A DNA stretch of 64,000 bases from Candidatus Yanofskybacteria bacterium (GTDB lineage: Bacteria > Patescibacteriota > Minisyncoccia > 2-02-FULL-40-12 > GWA2-44-9), in assembly GCA_003514055.1 (NCBI GenBank), contig DOSG01000008.1:121229-185228 (forward strand). The letters are read 5' to 3'. The notes beneath the pieces were generated by a model that was not told the origin of the DNA, searched no databases, and worked only from the letters and a program-made list of their open reading frames with translations. The position numbers and the translations under genes were made by a program. Positions 17,783-27,742 of the stretch are shown here, in pieces (the stretch's first letter is position 1; each line of letters starts with the position of its first letter).

Positions 17783-19057
17783 CTATTTCGATTTAATTTC
17801 TTTTACTCCATTCATATATTTATGGAGGACTTCGGGGATCCTTACGCTACCATCTTCCTGCTGAAACTGCTCCAGGATGGCTGGTAATAAACGACTCGTG
17901 GCAAGACCAGAAGCATTGAGCGTATGCACGAATTCATTTTTTCCAGTCTTAGAACTCTTATATTTTATATCCGCCCTTCTGGCCTGGTAATCGATTGCGT
18001 TCGAAGCACTACTTACCTCTTTATATGTATTCATGCTTGGTATCCAAACTTCAATATCACAAGTCTTAGACATTGAGGCCGAGGCATCTTGAGCGGCCAG
18101 CTGAACAGTCTGATAATGAAGCCCGAGGCCCTCGACTAGTTTTTCAGCGTTCCCAACAAGTTCTTCAAAACCACTCCACGAATCTTCGGGTCTAGTAAAC
18201 TGAAACATCTCTATTTTATTAAACTGATGGCCACGAGTCGTACCCTTCTCTCCAGCACCATAGCCCCCCGGCTCTTTTCTAAAACACGGCGAATAGGCAA
18301 AGTATTTTAAAGGTAGATCAATTTCATCTAACACCTCATTACGATGCAAGTTGTTGATCATCATCTCACTGGTGGCATTAAGGCAAAGACTGTCGCCCTG
18401 CTTATTTTCCGATGATCGCGATGTCCAAAAAAGATCGTCTCTGAATTTGGGTAAATGGCCAGAGGCGTAGGCCGAATCTTCGTTAAGTAAGAATGGCGGC
18501 AAAATAAAAGTGTAGCCATTAGCGACATGAAAATCTTTGAAATAATTTAATAATGCCCACTCCAACAGAGCGCCGTTACCCCTATAGCACCAAAAGCCAG
18601 ACCCAGCTATTTTAACACCGCGGTCGTAATCGATAAGATCCATTCTCTTGGCCAGCTCGACATGATCAATTGGCTCGAAACTAAATTCCGGTTTCTCACC
18701 GAATGTTTTTACCACCTTGTTATTCTCTTTCCCGCCCGGAAGAACGTCTTCGGCCGGTATATTTGGTAACTCCGACAGCTTCTCCTTTAATTGATCTTCA
18801 ACATTCCTGAGATTGGCCTCTAACTCTTTTACTTCTTCGCCAATCTTTTTCATCTGTTCAATTATCTCTGGCGTCGGCTTAACCTTGGAGTTCTTATTCC
18901 TCTCGGCCTTCAATGCTTCTAGGCCAATAAGTATCTCCTTTCTGTTATCATCTAGCGCGATAATCCCGCCCAAATTTAGGACATCCTTGGCCACTCTTTT
19001 CAATAAAGCCTTCTCTACCTCATCTCTTTTATCTCTTATTAATTTTATATCTAACAT
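17783..19057 (-). CDS. serS: seryl-tRNA synthetase
   Basis: Coiled-coil N-arm followed by class II core (SPCFRKEPG, GHQFNKIEMF). Confidence 0.9.
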   Translation of the reverse strand: MLDIKLIRDKRDEVEKALLKRVAKDVLNLGGIIALDDNRKEILIGLEALKAERNKNSKVKPTPEIIEQMKKIGEEVKELEANLRNVEDQLKEKLSELPNIPAEDVLPGGKENNKVVKTFGEKPEFSFEPIDHVELAKRMDLIDYDRGVKIAGSGFWCYRGNGALLEWALLNYFKDFHVANGYTFILPPFLLNEDSAYASGHLPKFRDDLFWTSRSSENKQGDSLCLNATSEMMINNLHRNEVLDEIDLPLKYFAYSPCFRKEPGGYGAGEKGTTRGHQFNKIEMFQFTRPEDSWSGFEELVGNAEKLVEGLGLHYQTVQLAAQDASASMSKTCDIEVWIPSMNTYKEVSSASNAIDYQARRADIKYKSSKTGKNEFVHTLNASGLATSRLLPAILEQFQQEDGSVRIPEVLHKYMNGVKEIKSK

Positions 19058-19109
19058 ATACGTAATGATTAATTAAAGTTGTAGGTTTCTACTCTAGCCA
19101 TGCGAAATT

Positions 19110-20585
19110 CTATCCCTTTCGGGAGTTAGACTTCATCAACGGAAAGATCTGACATTCGCGGATAGATTTATTCATGAGGAAAGAGAATAGCCTCTCACTA
19201 ACACCAAAACCACAAGTTGGAGGCATACCGTATTCCAATGCTTCCACGAAATCATAATCATACATCTGGGCCTCTTCGTCGCCAGATTCTCTGAGCTTAA
19301 CTTGGTCTTCGAAACGGTTAGCCTGATCAATCGGGTCGTTCAATTCGCTGTAGCCGTTACCAACTTCAGAACCAGCGATAATTACCTGGAACCTCTGGCT
19401 CAATTCCGAATTATTCTGATCTCTCTTGGCCAATGGTGACAGCGCCACCGGAACGCCTACCAAAAACCCAGGCCCAGTGATTTGCTTTCGACAATACTTC
19501 CAAAGATTATCTAGCGCTCGCGTTATATTAAAACCCTTTCTGTCATATTTTATTTTCAGTTCAATAAGTTTAGCCTCAACCTCTTCAAGCTTGGCGCTTA
19601 AAATATCCACCCCAGTAAATTTCTTTATAGTTTCTCGGTAGTCATATCTCTCCCACTCGCGGCCTAGGTCGATTTCGAAATCTTTAATTTTAAATTGTAG
19701 AGTGCCAAAAGTTTCTTTAGCAACGTATTTATACATTTCTTCTACTAGCTCCATGCCATCATTGTAGTCGGCATAGGCCCAGTAAAATTCCATCTGGGTA
19801 TAATCCTGAGCATGTTCACTATCCATGCCTTCATTTCGAAACTGCCTTCCGATTTCGAAGGTTTTGGCGTAACCAGCAACCATTAATTTCTTTTGCCACA
19901 ATTCGCCCATGGAGATTCTAAGATAGACATCAAGATCGAGCGCATTGTGATGGGTAATGAAGGGCTTGGCATCAGCTCCGCCGGTCGTACTCTCGAGAAC
20001 TGGTGTTTCAACTTCCAAGAACCCCCGATTCAATAGGAATTCGCGAGTTGATTGCCAGAACTTAGACCTTTTTACGAACATCTCTCTGGTTTCTGGATCA
20101 AATAAAATATCTAAATATCTTTTTCTTAACTTGTCCTCTTCATCCTGGAGTCCATGCCACTTCTCTGGCAACGTTAAAATGGCTTTGCTTAGAAGCCTGC
20201 ACTCTTCGACTTCCAAAGTTTGTTCTTCCTTTTTGGTTCTAAAAAGTGTTCCTTTGATTTCTATAAAATCACCGATATCTATGAATCTTTGGAATTTATT
20301 AAAGGCATCTTCACCGACCACGTCTTTCTTGATGTGCCCCTGGATCTTACTACCGTTATCATAGACATCCAGAAAAGCCGCGCCACCATGCCCCCTGACC
20401 GCCATCAACCTCCCAGCTATGACTATAGTCTTTTTCTCGTCAGACAATGACCCAAAATTGGATATCGCTTCAGCGACGGTATGTGTGCGATTAGACTTAG
20501 CCGGATATGGGTCTATACCCAACTTTCTCAGCTCTTCAACCTTTTGAATTTTAGTATCTCTTATTTCATCTATTGGCATATTCAA
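19110..20585 (-). CDS. lysS: lysyl-tRNA synthetase (class II)
   Basis: OB-fold N-domain and class II motifs (FLEVETPVLESTTGGADAKPFITHHNALD, GREWERYDYRE...). Confidence 0.9.
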   Translation of the reverse strand: MNMPIDEIRDTKIQKVEELRKLGIDPYPAKSNRTHTVAEAISNFGSLSDEKKTIVIAGRLMAVRGHGGAAFLDVYDNGSKIQGHIKKDVVGEDAFNKFQRFIDIGDFIEIKGTLFRTKKEEQTLEVEECRLLSKAILTLPEKWHGLQDEEDKLRKRYLDILFDPETREMFVKRSKFWQSTREFLLNRGFLEVETPVLESTTGGADAKPFITHHNALDLDVYLRISMGELWQKKLMVAGYAKTFEIGRQFRNEGMDSEHAQDYTQMEFYWAYADYNDGMELVEEMYKYVAKETFGTLQFKIKDFEIDLGREWERYDYRETIKKFTGVDILSAKLEEVEAKLIELKIKYDRKGFNITRALDNLWKYCRKQITGPGFLVGVPVALSPLAKRDQNNSELSQRFQVIIAGSEVGNGYSELNDPIDQANRFEDQVKLRESGDEEAQMYDYDFVEALEYGMPPTCGFGVSERLFSFLMNKSIRECQIFPLMKSNSRKG

Positions 20586-20735
20586 ATGATAGCAAATTGG
20601 CCAAAAAAGTGAACCCGGCCAATCGGCCGCTCCCTATACGCTAAAAATTAGTACCCCTCTCCTCGCCATTAAACTAGCTGGACAACAAAAAAGCCCTGTC
20701 TACGCCATTCAGCGTAGACAGGGCTTTTTAAAAGA

Positions 20736-21194
20736 TTAACCGATATCTACGATTTTATATTCAACTTCACCCTTTGGAGTAACAACTCTTACGGCTTCGC
20801 CTTTTTTACGGCCGATAAAAGCTTTTCCAAGGGGAGATTCATTAGAGATAAATCCGGCGACCGGATCTGATTCTGCGGCGCCAACAATCGAATAAGTGTG
20901 CGAACCAACTTCAGATTGAACTTTGAGGGTTGACCCGACCTGGACGAAGTCTTTATCGCCGTTATGATTAATAACCACGGCCTTCTCCAATATGTTTTTT
21001 ATCTCCTCTATCCTGCCTTCATTGAAAGCTTGAGCTTCTTTAGCTGCATCGAATTCGGCGTTCTCAGACAGATCTCCTTGCTCCTTAGCTTCCTTGATTC
21101 TAAGAGCAATCTCGGGTCTCAAAACACTGAGTCTCTCTTCGAGCTCATTCTTTAGTTTCTCTAGGCCTTCCTTACTGAAATATTGGTTATCCAT
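20736..21194 (-). CDS. greA: transcription elongation factor GreA
   Basis: LSKEGLEKLKNELEERL coiled coil plus C-terminal FKBP-like domain; 152 aa. Confidence 0.85.
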   Translation of the reverse strand: MDNQYFSKEGLEKLKNELEERLSVLRPEIALRIKEAKEQGDLSENAEFDAAKEAQAFNEGRIEEIKNILEKAVVINHNGDKDFVQVGSTLKVQSEVGSHTYSIVGAAESDPVAGFISNESPLGKAFIGRKKGEAVRVVTPKGEVEYKIVDIG

Positions 21195-21300
21195 AATTTT
21201 TGCCTTATTTCTAGATAATGACCAGAAACGGGCGTTACTTAATTATATAAAGTAGAAGTCTACAACAATACTTTGTTTTTGGCAATTCTCTTGTTGATAA

Positions 21301-23244
21301 TCAAAGTGCAGGCGAGATAGATGGCTCGGGACTCTCCGCAGGAGATATCGAGGGCACGACATCTAGCACTTTATCCTTAGAAAAATACCATTTCATGAAT
21401 TCGTTAACTGTACGGGTGGCATATCCTTCATTTGAAGACGAGCCTTCGGTCAGAACAGTGACAACAATCTCCGCATTATTTAAAGGGGCAAAAGCCGTAA
21501 ATAAGGAGTTGATCCTCTTGCCCTTTACAATCTCTGACGTTCCGGTCTTTGCACCAACTCTGACCGGTATGTCTTGTAGCAACTTGGCCGTACCAGATAT
21601 AACCGTCTCCTCCATATCTCTTCTCATCTCGTCTATTATGTCCTCCCTGAATGGCAACTTCTTAAGAACTTCTGTCTTAAAAATTTTCAATGTATTATTC
21701 TTTCCGTCCACAATTCTATTAGCTATCCTAGGACGATATATAGTCCCGCCATTAGCGATAGCCGCTATATAACTATTAAGCCACAACGGCGTAACGGATA
21801 GGTCTCCCTGGCCTATGGATATATTGTAAGTATCTCCTGGATACCAAGACTCACCCCGTTCAGTTTCCTTCCATGCAGGAGTGGGAACAAAACCCTTACC
21901 CTCATTCGGCAGATCAATTCCCAAGACGACATCAGCTAGAGCGTTCTTTAAATAATTAGCTATCCTATCAACTCCCAGTCCAGAGATTTTTCCATATCCG
22001 CCGCCGCCAATAAAAAAGTATATGTTGCAAGAATCTGCTATGGCACGCCTTAAATTAAATTGCCCCAAATCTACACGCCAATTTTTGAAAGTACGGCCAG
22101 TATCGCCGCCACTTGAATCAGGAACAGTTAAGCTGACGCAATCTTTTATGGTGTCGCTAATTTTAAATATGCCCTCCTGTAGAATAGCCATGCCCATGAA
22201 TGGCTTTATCGTAGAACCCGGATTATAGACGCCACTTACTACTCTATTAAAAAGTGGCTTTGAGCTATTATCAAACAATTTTTTGTATTCAGTCTCAGAT
22301 AGGCCATCTCGAAAAAGATTATTATCAAAACTGGGAAAGCTTACCAAAGCCAGCACCTCGCCATTCTGCGGGTTCTGCACAATAGCAGCGGCTTTATCTA
22401 ATGATGTCGGCTTCAATATATTAAAAAGAGAATTATATAATACTTTCTGCATGTCATAATCTATATTCAACACAATATTATTGCCGGGTAGTGCTTCTTT
22501 TTGATCGCCGCTAGCTCCGCCACTGAAAAATACGCGCCCATGCTCCCCCCTCAAATATTCTTCATATTCGTCTTCTAGGCCGGCACGACCGATCGTATCT
22601 GTAGATAGATAATACGAATCCCGAGCTAGGTCATCTTTAGAGACCTTGCCGGTATATCCAATTATTTGAGAAAATTGAGAGCCATCAACATAGTACCTCT
22701 TAGTGTCTGCTATTACATAAAATCCTTGAGGATTTAGAAAATTTATCTCTAATAGCTGCTCTTTGGATAGATCTTTAGCTATAAAAAAGATTGAGCTTGA
22801 TTTCATTTGATCGGCGACTTGGCTGGCTAGGATATCTCTATCTAGGCCAAGTGCCTTCGCAATCTTACCTAGATTAACATCGTAATCTTCCTTGTGCTCC
22901 CTAATCTCTTTGGAAATAACCAATAGATCAAAACTTGGCAGATTCTTCGTAAGCGGCTTGCCAGAACGATCTAATATTATTCCTCTCGGGGGCGGAATTT
23001 GAAAATTAGCCGAACGGTTTTGATTGGCAACTATTGATAAGCTTTTATGATCTACGATTGATATCTTGAAAGAAAAAGAAAGTATAACCCCTATCAACAG
23101 AATGAAAGATATCCAAATAATCCTAAAAGCTAGATCCGATATCGGCCTTTCTAGATCTGAAAGATCACTGCCGGAATCTAATAATGTTTCTTCCGGCGTT
23201 ATTAAATCATCCCTATCGATTGATATTCTATAGTCTCTCTTCAT
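21301..23244 (-). CDS. mrdA: penicillin-binding protein 2 (class B transpeptidase)
   Basis: STIKPF (SxxK), SGN-like and KTGT motifs; N-terminal TM; sits in the mreBCD cluster. Confidence 0.8.
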   Translation of the reverse strand: MKRDYRISIDRDDLITPEETLLDSGSDLSDLERPISDLAFRIIWISFILLIGVILSFSFKISIVDHKSLSIVANQNRSANFQIPPPRGIILDRSGKPLTKNLPSFDLLVISKEIREHKEDYDVNLGKIAKALGLDRDILASQVADQMKSSSIFFIAKDLSKEQLLEINFLNPQGFYVIADTKRYYVDGSQFSQIIGYTGKVSKDDLARDSYYLSTDTIGRAGLEDEYEEYLRGEHGRVFFSGGASGDQKEALPGNNIVLNIDYDMQKVLYNSLFNILKPTSLDKAAAIVQNPQNGEVLALVSFPSFDNNLFRDGLSETEYKKLFDNSSKPLFNRVVSGVYNPGSTIKPFMGMAILQEGIFKISDTIKDCVSLTVPDSSGGDTGRTFKNWRVDLGQFNLRRAIADSCNIYFFIGGGGYGKISGLGVDRIANYLKNALADVVLGIDLPNEGKGFVPTPAWKETERGESWYPGDTYNISIGQGDLSVTPLWLNSYIAAIANGGTIYRPRIANRIVDGKNNTLKIFKTEVLKKLPFREDIIDEMRRDMEETVISGTAKLLQDIPVRVGAKTGTSEIVKGKRINSLFTAFAPLNNAEIVVTVLTEGSSSNEGYATRTVNEFMKWYFSKDKVLDVVPSISPAESPEPSISPAL

Positions 23245-23752
23245 TGTAGATATTAAATATGCGAGTCAGCAGAAAATATTCTATAGCGATTATTATATAT
23301 GAATGAATATAGAACCTATAATCTTTCAGATGATTCCCAAATTTGAACGCATTTAAGCTCTCGCCGGAGATAAACTGTTGAGAGTAGTGACTAATAATCA
23401 ATATCGCGACAGTAAGGGCCAGTCCCAGTATAGGCATCGCAATAAAGCTCATATATCCGCTACGTTCAGAGAATATATTAAAACTGATAATTCTATCCAT
23501 CCCAAACAATACCAAGATAATTAAGCTCATAGGAAGAATAATTGAGCCGAGCGGATAACCAAGAATCAGCTCATACAGAATCGAAAAGAATGGAAGAAAA
23601 ATGAATACTCTTTTTCTAGGACCGAAAACCAGTAGACAACTTGCCAGATATGTAATTACTAAAAAATTAAAATACGCACCGTAAAGAGCTGGCCCGATTA
23701 GTCCATCAACAGCGATACACAATAAAAATATCAATAGGAACCACAAGAACAT
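23228..23752 (-). CDS. mreD: rod shape-determining protein MreD-like membrane protein
   Basis: 174 aa, 5 TM; position between mreC and PBP2. Confidence 0.45.
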   Translation of the reverse strand: MFLWFLLIFLLCIAVDGLIGPALYGAYFNFLVITYLASCLLVFGPRKRVFIFLPFFSILYELILGYPLGSIILPMSLIILVLFGMDRIISFNIFSERSGYMSFIAMPILGLALTVAILIISHYSQQFISGESLNAFKFGNHLKDYRFYIHSYIIIAIEYFLLTRIFNIYNEERL

Positions 23753-24540
23753 TATTTTTTTATAATTAAGACTCTTGAGAATCTTATCTGATCAAATGCT
23801 GGCTTAATTCTCACCTTCTTAAACAATTCTCCGGCTTTAGTCTCAACCAAATCAACTGTACCTATAATCAAAGCTGCTGGGAAAAGGTCATCACCAGAAG
23901 ACACAATAAGATCCCCCTCCCTTACGTCATCGTCCTCAACGATCAAATCTAAATTTAAACCATTACGCACAGCTCCGACAGCGATACCTCCAGCTCCAGA
24001 TGCCGCATCCCTAGCCGTAACCTTGAAAGAACTGTCGATTACCGAAACGACTCTAGAAAAAGTCTCAAAGACATCTCCGATTCTACCTATTAGTACACCC
24101 TCGTCAGTCACAACAACGAGGCCACTTTCTAACCCGTCGCTAGAACCCTTATTAATTAAAAAATTTAAACCGTCTAAAGATGCCGAACTGCTGAATATGC
24201 TGGCATCCACGAATGAAAATTTATGTTTTTCTGCTAAATTTAAAGATTTTCTCAAATAATTATTCTCTTCTTCTAAATTCTTAAATTTAGACAATTGACT
24301 AGTAAGATCGTCAACTTTCTCGCGCAGGGCCACGTTATCATTAGAGACTTTTCCCAATCTTCTAAATTCATCCCAGAACATTCTGAAGCCGTTCATCTTC
24401 TCAAATAGATAAACTGCCGGCCTTTGAATTATCCCTACGTTTGGAACAATCTGCCCAATCCAAAAACGACTGGCTAGAGCCATCGCCAATAAGATAAAAA
24501 TTAAAAATATTAGATACGCCAGGAACTTATTCCTCATCAT
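23752..24540 (-). CDS. mreC: rod shape-determining protein MreC
   Basis: N-terminal TM, coiled coil, C-terminal beta domain (GDLIVSSG...FPAALIIGTV). Confidence 0.7.
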   Translation of the reverse strand: MMRNKFLAYLIFLIFILLAMALASRFWIGQIVPNVGIIQRPAVYLFEKMNGFRMFWDEFRRLGKVSNDNVALREKVDDLTSQLSKFKNLEEENNYLRKSLNLAEKHKFSFVDASIFSSSASLDGLNFLINKGSSDGLESGLVVVTDEGVLIGRIGDVFETFSRVVSVIDSSFKVTARDAASGAGGIAVGAVRNGLNLDLIVEDDDVREGDLIVSSGDDLFPAALIIGTVDLVETKAGELFKKVRIKPAFDQIRFSRVLIIKK

Positions 24541-24543
24541 GGT

Positions 24544-25593
24544 TTATATATAAGCCTCTCTCTCGGTTGAGACTAATACGTTCTTGAGCTGATCCACGTT
24601 TTCCAAGACAAAACCGCAACCACGAGCAACGGCCGTTAACGGATCGTCGACAATTTTAACAAACAGCTTAGTCTCTTGAGCTATGAGCCTATCCAACCCA
24701 CGCATCATCGCTCCACCGCCGGCAAGATATATGTGCCTATTTATAAGATCAGCCGTAAGCTCTGGCGGCGTCTCTTCGATTGTGCTTTTAACCGACGCAA
24801 CAATTAGGGCTATAGACCTCTGCATTGCTTCGCGAAGATCATATGACGTGATCGGCAGCTCCTTAGGCAGCCCAGAAACCAGGTCTCGACCCCTAACTGT
24901 ACCTTCTAGCTCATCTTCAAGCGGAGAAGCCGAACCAAACATAATTTTCAGATTCTCAGCCGTTGCATCACCTATTAGAAGATTCTTCTGCTCTCTCATA
25001 TATCTCACAATATCTTCACTCAATTTATCTCCGGCTATTCTAAGAGATCTAGACGCTATAACGCCTCCCATAGAAATTACAGCCACCTCCGTAGTCCCAC
25101 CACCCATATCGACGATAACATTGGCTACAGCGTCCTGGACTGGTAATCTTGCCCCTATAGCCGCGGCCATAGGCTCTTCTATCAAATAGACCTCTCTCGC
25201 ACCAGCATTATATGTTGCATCTTCGACTGCACGCCTCTCAACTTCGGTCACGCCAGAAGGTATGCCCACAACTACACGTGGCCTCGGAAATAATGCAAAT
25301 CCTTCCTGATGGACTCTGTCTATGAAGTACTTGAGCATCTGCTCGGTAACCTCGAAATCGGACACCACACCGGAAACCAATGGCCTAGAGACCATGATAT
25401 ATCCAGGCGTACGCCCTACCATTTTCTTAGCTTCTTCGCCTATGGCTAAAATCTTGCCAGTTTTTTGATTAACTGCGACTATCGATGGCTCATTGATGAT
25501 AATACCTTTGCCCCTAACATAAACTAAGGTATTTGCAGTACCCAGATCAATACCAATATCTTTTGACCAAAAACCAAAAAGTTTGTTTAACAT
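24544..25593 (-). CDS. mreB: rod shape-determining protein MreB (actin-like ATPase)
   Basis: IGIDLGTANTLVYV...DMGGGTTEVAVIS. Confidence 0.9.
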   Translation of the reverse strand: MLNKLFGFWSKDIGIDLGTANTLVYVRGKGIIINEPSIVAVNQKTGKILAIGEEAKKMVGRTPGYIMVSRPLVSGVVSDFEVTEQMLKYFIDRVHQEGFALFPRPRVVVGIPSGVTEVERRAVEDATYNAGAREVYLIEEPMAAAIGARLPVQDAVANVIVDMGGGTTEVAVISMGGVIASRSLRIAGDKLSEDIVRYMREQKNLLIGDATAENLKIMFGSASPLEDELEGTVRGRDLVSGLPKELPITSYDLREAMQRSIALIVASVKSTIEETPPELTADLINRHIYLAGGGAMMRGLDRLIAQETKLFVKIVDDPLTAVARGCGFVLENVDQLKNVLVSTEREAYI

Positions 25594-25680
25594 CCTCGTT
25601 TAATCCTTATCTTTCAATAACATAACATATCAAAAATGATATGAACAATCAAAAGACGTTCCACCCCTTCCATCTCCTCA

Positions 25681-25848
25681 TCGTGTCCTCGCCTGCATCA
25701 TTGACTATCGAGTTGCCTAGGCAAGAATAAGCCAAAAAGATAGGTAACCCTCGCACTATCAATTTCTTATAGGTGTTGCCCTCGACCTATCTTTTTGGAT
25801 TCTTGATTCTAGTCACTCTACAGTCAATGATTTAACTGCGGATGATTC
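25681..25848 (-). ncRNA. conserved-block element R2 (inverted homolog of R1), positioned as a sense-strand 5' leader about 90 nt upstream of mreB
   Basis: TAGGTAACCCTCGCACTATCA, TTGCCCTCGACCT and CTGCGGATGATTC are reverse complements of the R1 blocks. Same block order when read on the minus strand. Confidence 0.35.
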
Positions 25849-25883
25849 GGAGATGGAAGGAGCTTCGCTTGAGATAGAACTTT

Positions 25884-25927
25884 ACATACGAAAAAGCGAG
25901 CCTAAAACTCTCAAAAAATTTTTAGGC
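25884..25927 (-). terminator. rho-independent terminator of proS (bidirectional hairpin)
   Basis: AAAAGCGAGCCTAAAA-(12 nt loop)-TTTTAGGCTCGCTTTT with T tract on the minus strand. Confidence 0.55.
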
Positions 25928-25939
25928 TCGCTTTTCTAA

Positions 25940-27205
25940 TTATATTAGAAATTTCTTGAGATCTTTTATCTCAATCAGTTCTAGCTCGCTAGACTTTCTG
26001 TGCTTAAGCTCTACCGAATCTTTGGCTAGAGTTTTTTCACTAACTACTAGTCTGATTGGACAACCTATCAAATCAGCATCAGCAAATTTTTCACCTGCAC
26101 TCTTGTCCTCTCTATCGTCACATAAGACTTCTAAGCCAGATTCAGTTAATGTATCATATATAGCCCCAGCTTCGTCATTCTTGCCTAACGATACTAAATG
26201 TATCTTGAATGGTGCTATGCTATCAGGCCAAATAATACCCCTATCATCGTGCATTACCTCAACAATTGTGCCCATCAATCTACTGAGTCCAATGCCATAA
26301 GAACCCATAAAAATGTGTTTCTTATTTCCAGTATCATCGATAAAATCCAAACCAAAAGGTTCTGAAAATCTAGTTCCCAAGGTAAAAATATTACCAACTT
26401 CAATAGCCTTCTCTTCTACAAAGTCATTTCCTAGACCCAAATCCTTCTTAATATTATCGGTAAAAATCTCTTTATTTATGGCAGCTCGGCCTCTTTCTAT
26501 TTCTAGTCCCTTACCGTAATCTTTTTTAGATATATAGATAAGGTCTTCTCCGGCTTCGCAAATAGTTTGGAATTCGTGGGAAAATTTGGAGAAAGTTCCA
26601 CCAGATGCAAGGACTAAGTATGTCCTATTTCCAATGCCAACTCGATTAAAAACATTCTTATACGCCTCAGTAGCTTTTTCATAAAATGCCATATGCTCCT
26701 TTTCATCTTTGGAAAATGAATACAGAGCCTTCCAATAGAACTCTCTCCCTCTTAAGATACCGGATTTGCTCCTGGCTTCATTTCTAAAGATTTCCTTAAA
26801 ATCATATGCATATATCGGCAAATCTTTATATGAGCTTACGTGCTGAGTCAAGATATTGGAATAATCTTCTTCGTTGGTAAACGATAAGCCGGCTTCACCG
26901 CCATTTTTTAGCTTCGTCTTAAACCAGCTATCTACCACCTCATCGCTCCATCTACCTGATTTCTCCCAAGTTTCCTTATTCTGAAGTATAGACGTCTTCA
27001 TTTCTACGCCATCAATTCTGTTCATTTCTTCCCTGATTATCCCTTCAATCTTTTTTATAACCCTCAAGCCAAGAGGAAGAAATGAATATACTCCAGCCAT
27101 TTCCTTATACACGAAGCCGCCACGAATAAGAAGTTGAGCATTTACAGCTGTCTCATCGGCTGGAGCCTCCTTGATTGTTTTAGTGAATAATTTAGATATT
27201 CGCAT
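25940..27205 (-). CDS. proS: prolyl-tRNA synthetase, short form without INS editing domain
   Basis: Class II core and C-terminal anticodon-binding domain in 421 aa. Confidence 0.8.
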   Translation of the reverse strand: MRISKLFTKTIKEAPADETAVNAQLLIRGGFVYKEMAGVYSFLPLGLRVIKKIEGIIREEMNRIDGVEMKTSILQNKETWEKSGRWSDEVVDSWFKTKLKNGGEAGLSFTNEEDYSNILTQHVSSYKDLPIYAYDFKEIFRNEARSKSGILRGREFYWKALYSFSKDEKEHMAFYEKATEAYKNVFNRVGIGNRTYLVLASGGTFSKFSHEFQTICEAGEDLIYISKKDYGKGLEIERGRAAINKEIFTDNIKKDLGLGNDFVEEKAIEVGNIFTLGTRFSEPFGLDFIDDTGNKKHIFMGSYGIGLSRLMGTIVEVMHDDRGIIWPDSIAPFKIHLVSLGKNDEAGAIYDTLTESGLEVLCDDREDKSAGEKFADADLIGCPIRLVVSEKTLAKDSVELKHRKSSELELIEIKDLKKFLI

Positions 27206-27223
27206 ATGTTTAATATACCCAAT

Positions 27224-27742
27224 TTACGTAATTGAGGCAATCTGAGGAGTGACGATCGCTTTATAATCTTCAGACTTCATGGCAATCGAAAAGCATCTGT
27301 CGCCGGCATTAAAAACTATTTTTTCATTGTCGAAAAGTTTTGGATCAGCTACCACCTTAATACAAAATAAATTACCAAAAGGCGGTACGCCGCCAACCCT
27401 AACACCATTTGTTATTTGCGATACCTCGTCTTCTGTGACAAATCTTATCTTTTTAGCGCCCAGCACCTCGCAAGCCTTTTTAGAATCTAGCTTTAGATCG
27501 GCCGGCATTATTAGCATAAGAAATTTCTCTTCGCTATCAGCTAGATAGGCCTTAACAATTAAGGCCTTAGCTCCCTGCTCTAACTTATATTCTGGTCGCA
27601 TTTTGGCCGCCTCTTCACTTGTTCTAACTTCGTCGTGTTCGAAGGTCTCAAACCAAAAACCCCCGCTCTTTAATATTCTGAGTATTTTATCAACCGCTAA
27701 GTGATAATTAGAAGAATTTAACGAGGTCTCTGAATGTGACAT
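27224..27742 (-). CDS. ybaK: YbaK/ProX-type aminoacyl-tRNA trans-editing deacylase
   Basis: GAKALIVKAY...GGVPPFG..FNAGDRCFSIAM pattern of the YbaK family; 172 aa; immediately upstream of proS. Confidence 0.65.
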   Translation of the reverse strand: MSHSETSLNSSNYHLAVDKILRILKSGGFWFETFEHDEVRTSEEAAKMRPEYKLEQGAKALIVKAYLADSEEKFLMLIMPADLKLDSKKACEVLGAKKIRFVTEDEVSQITNGVRVGGVPPFGNLFCIKVVADPKLFDNEKIVFNAGDRCFSIAMKSEDYKAIVTPQIASIT

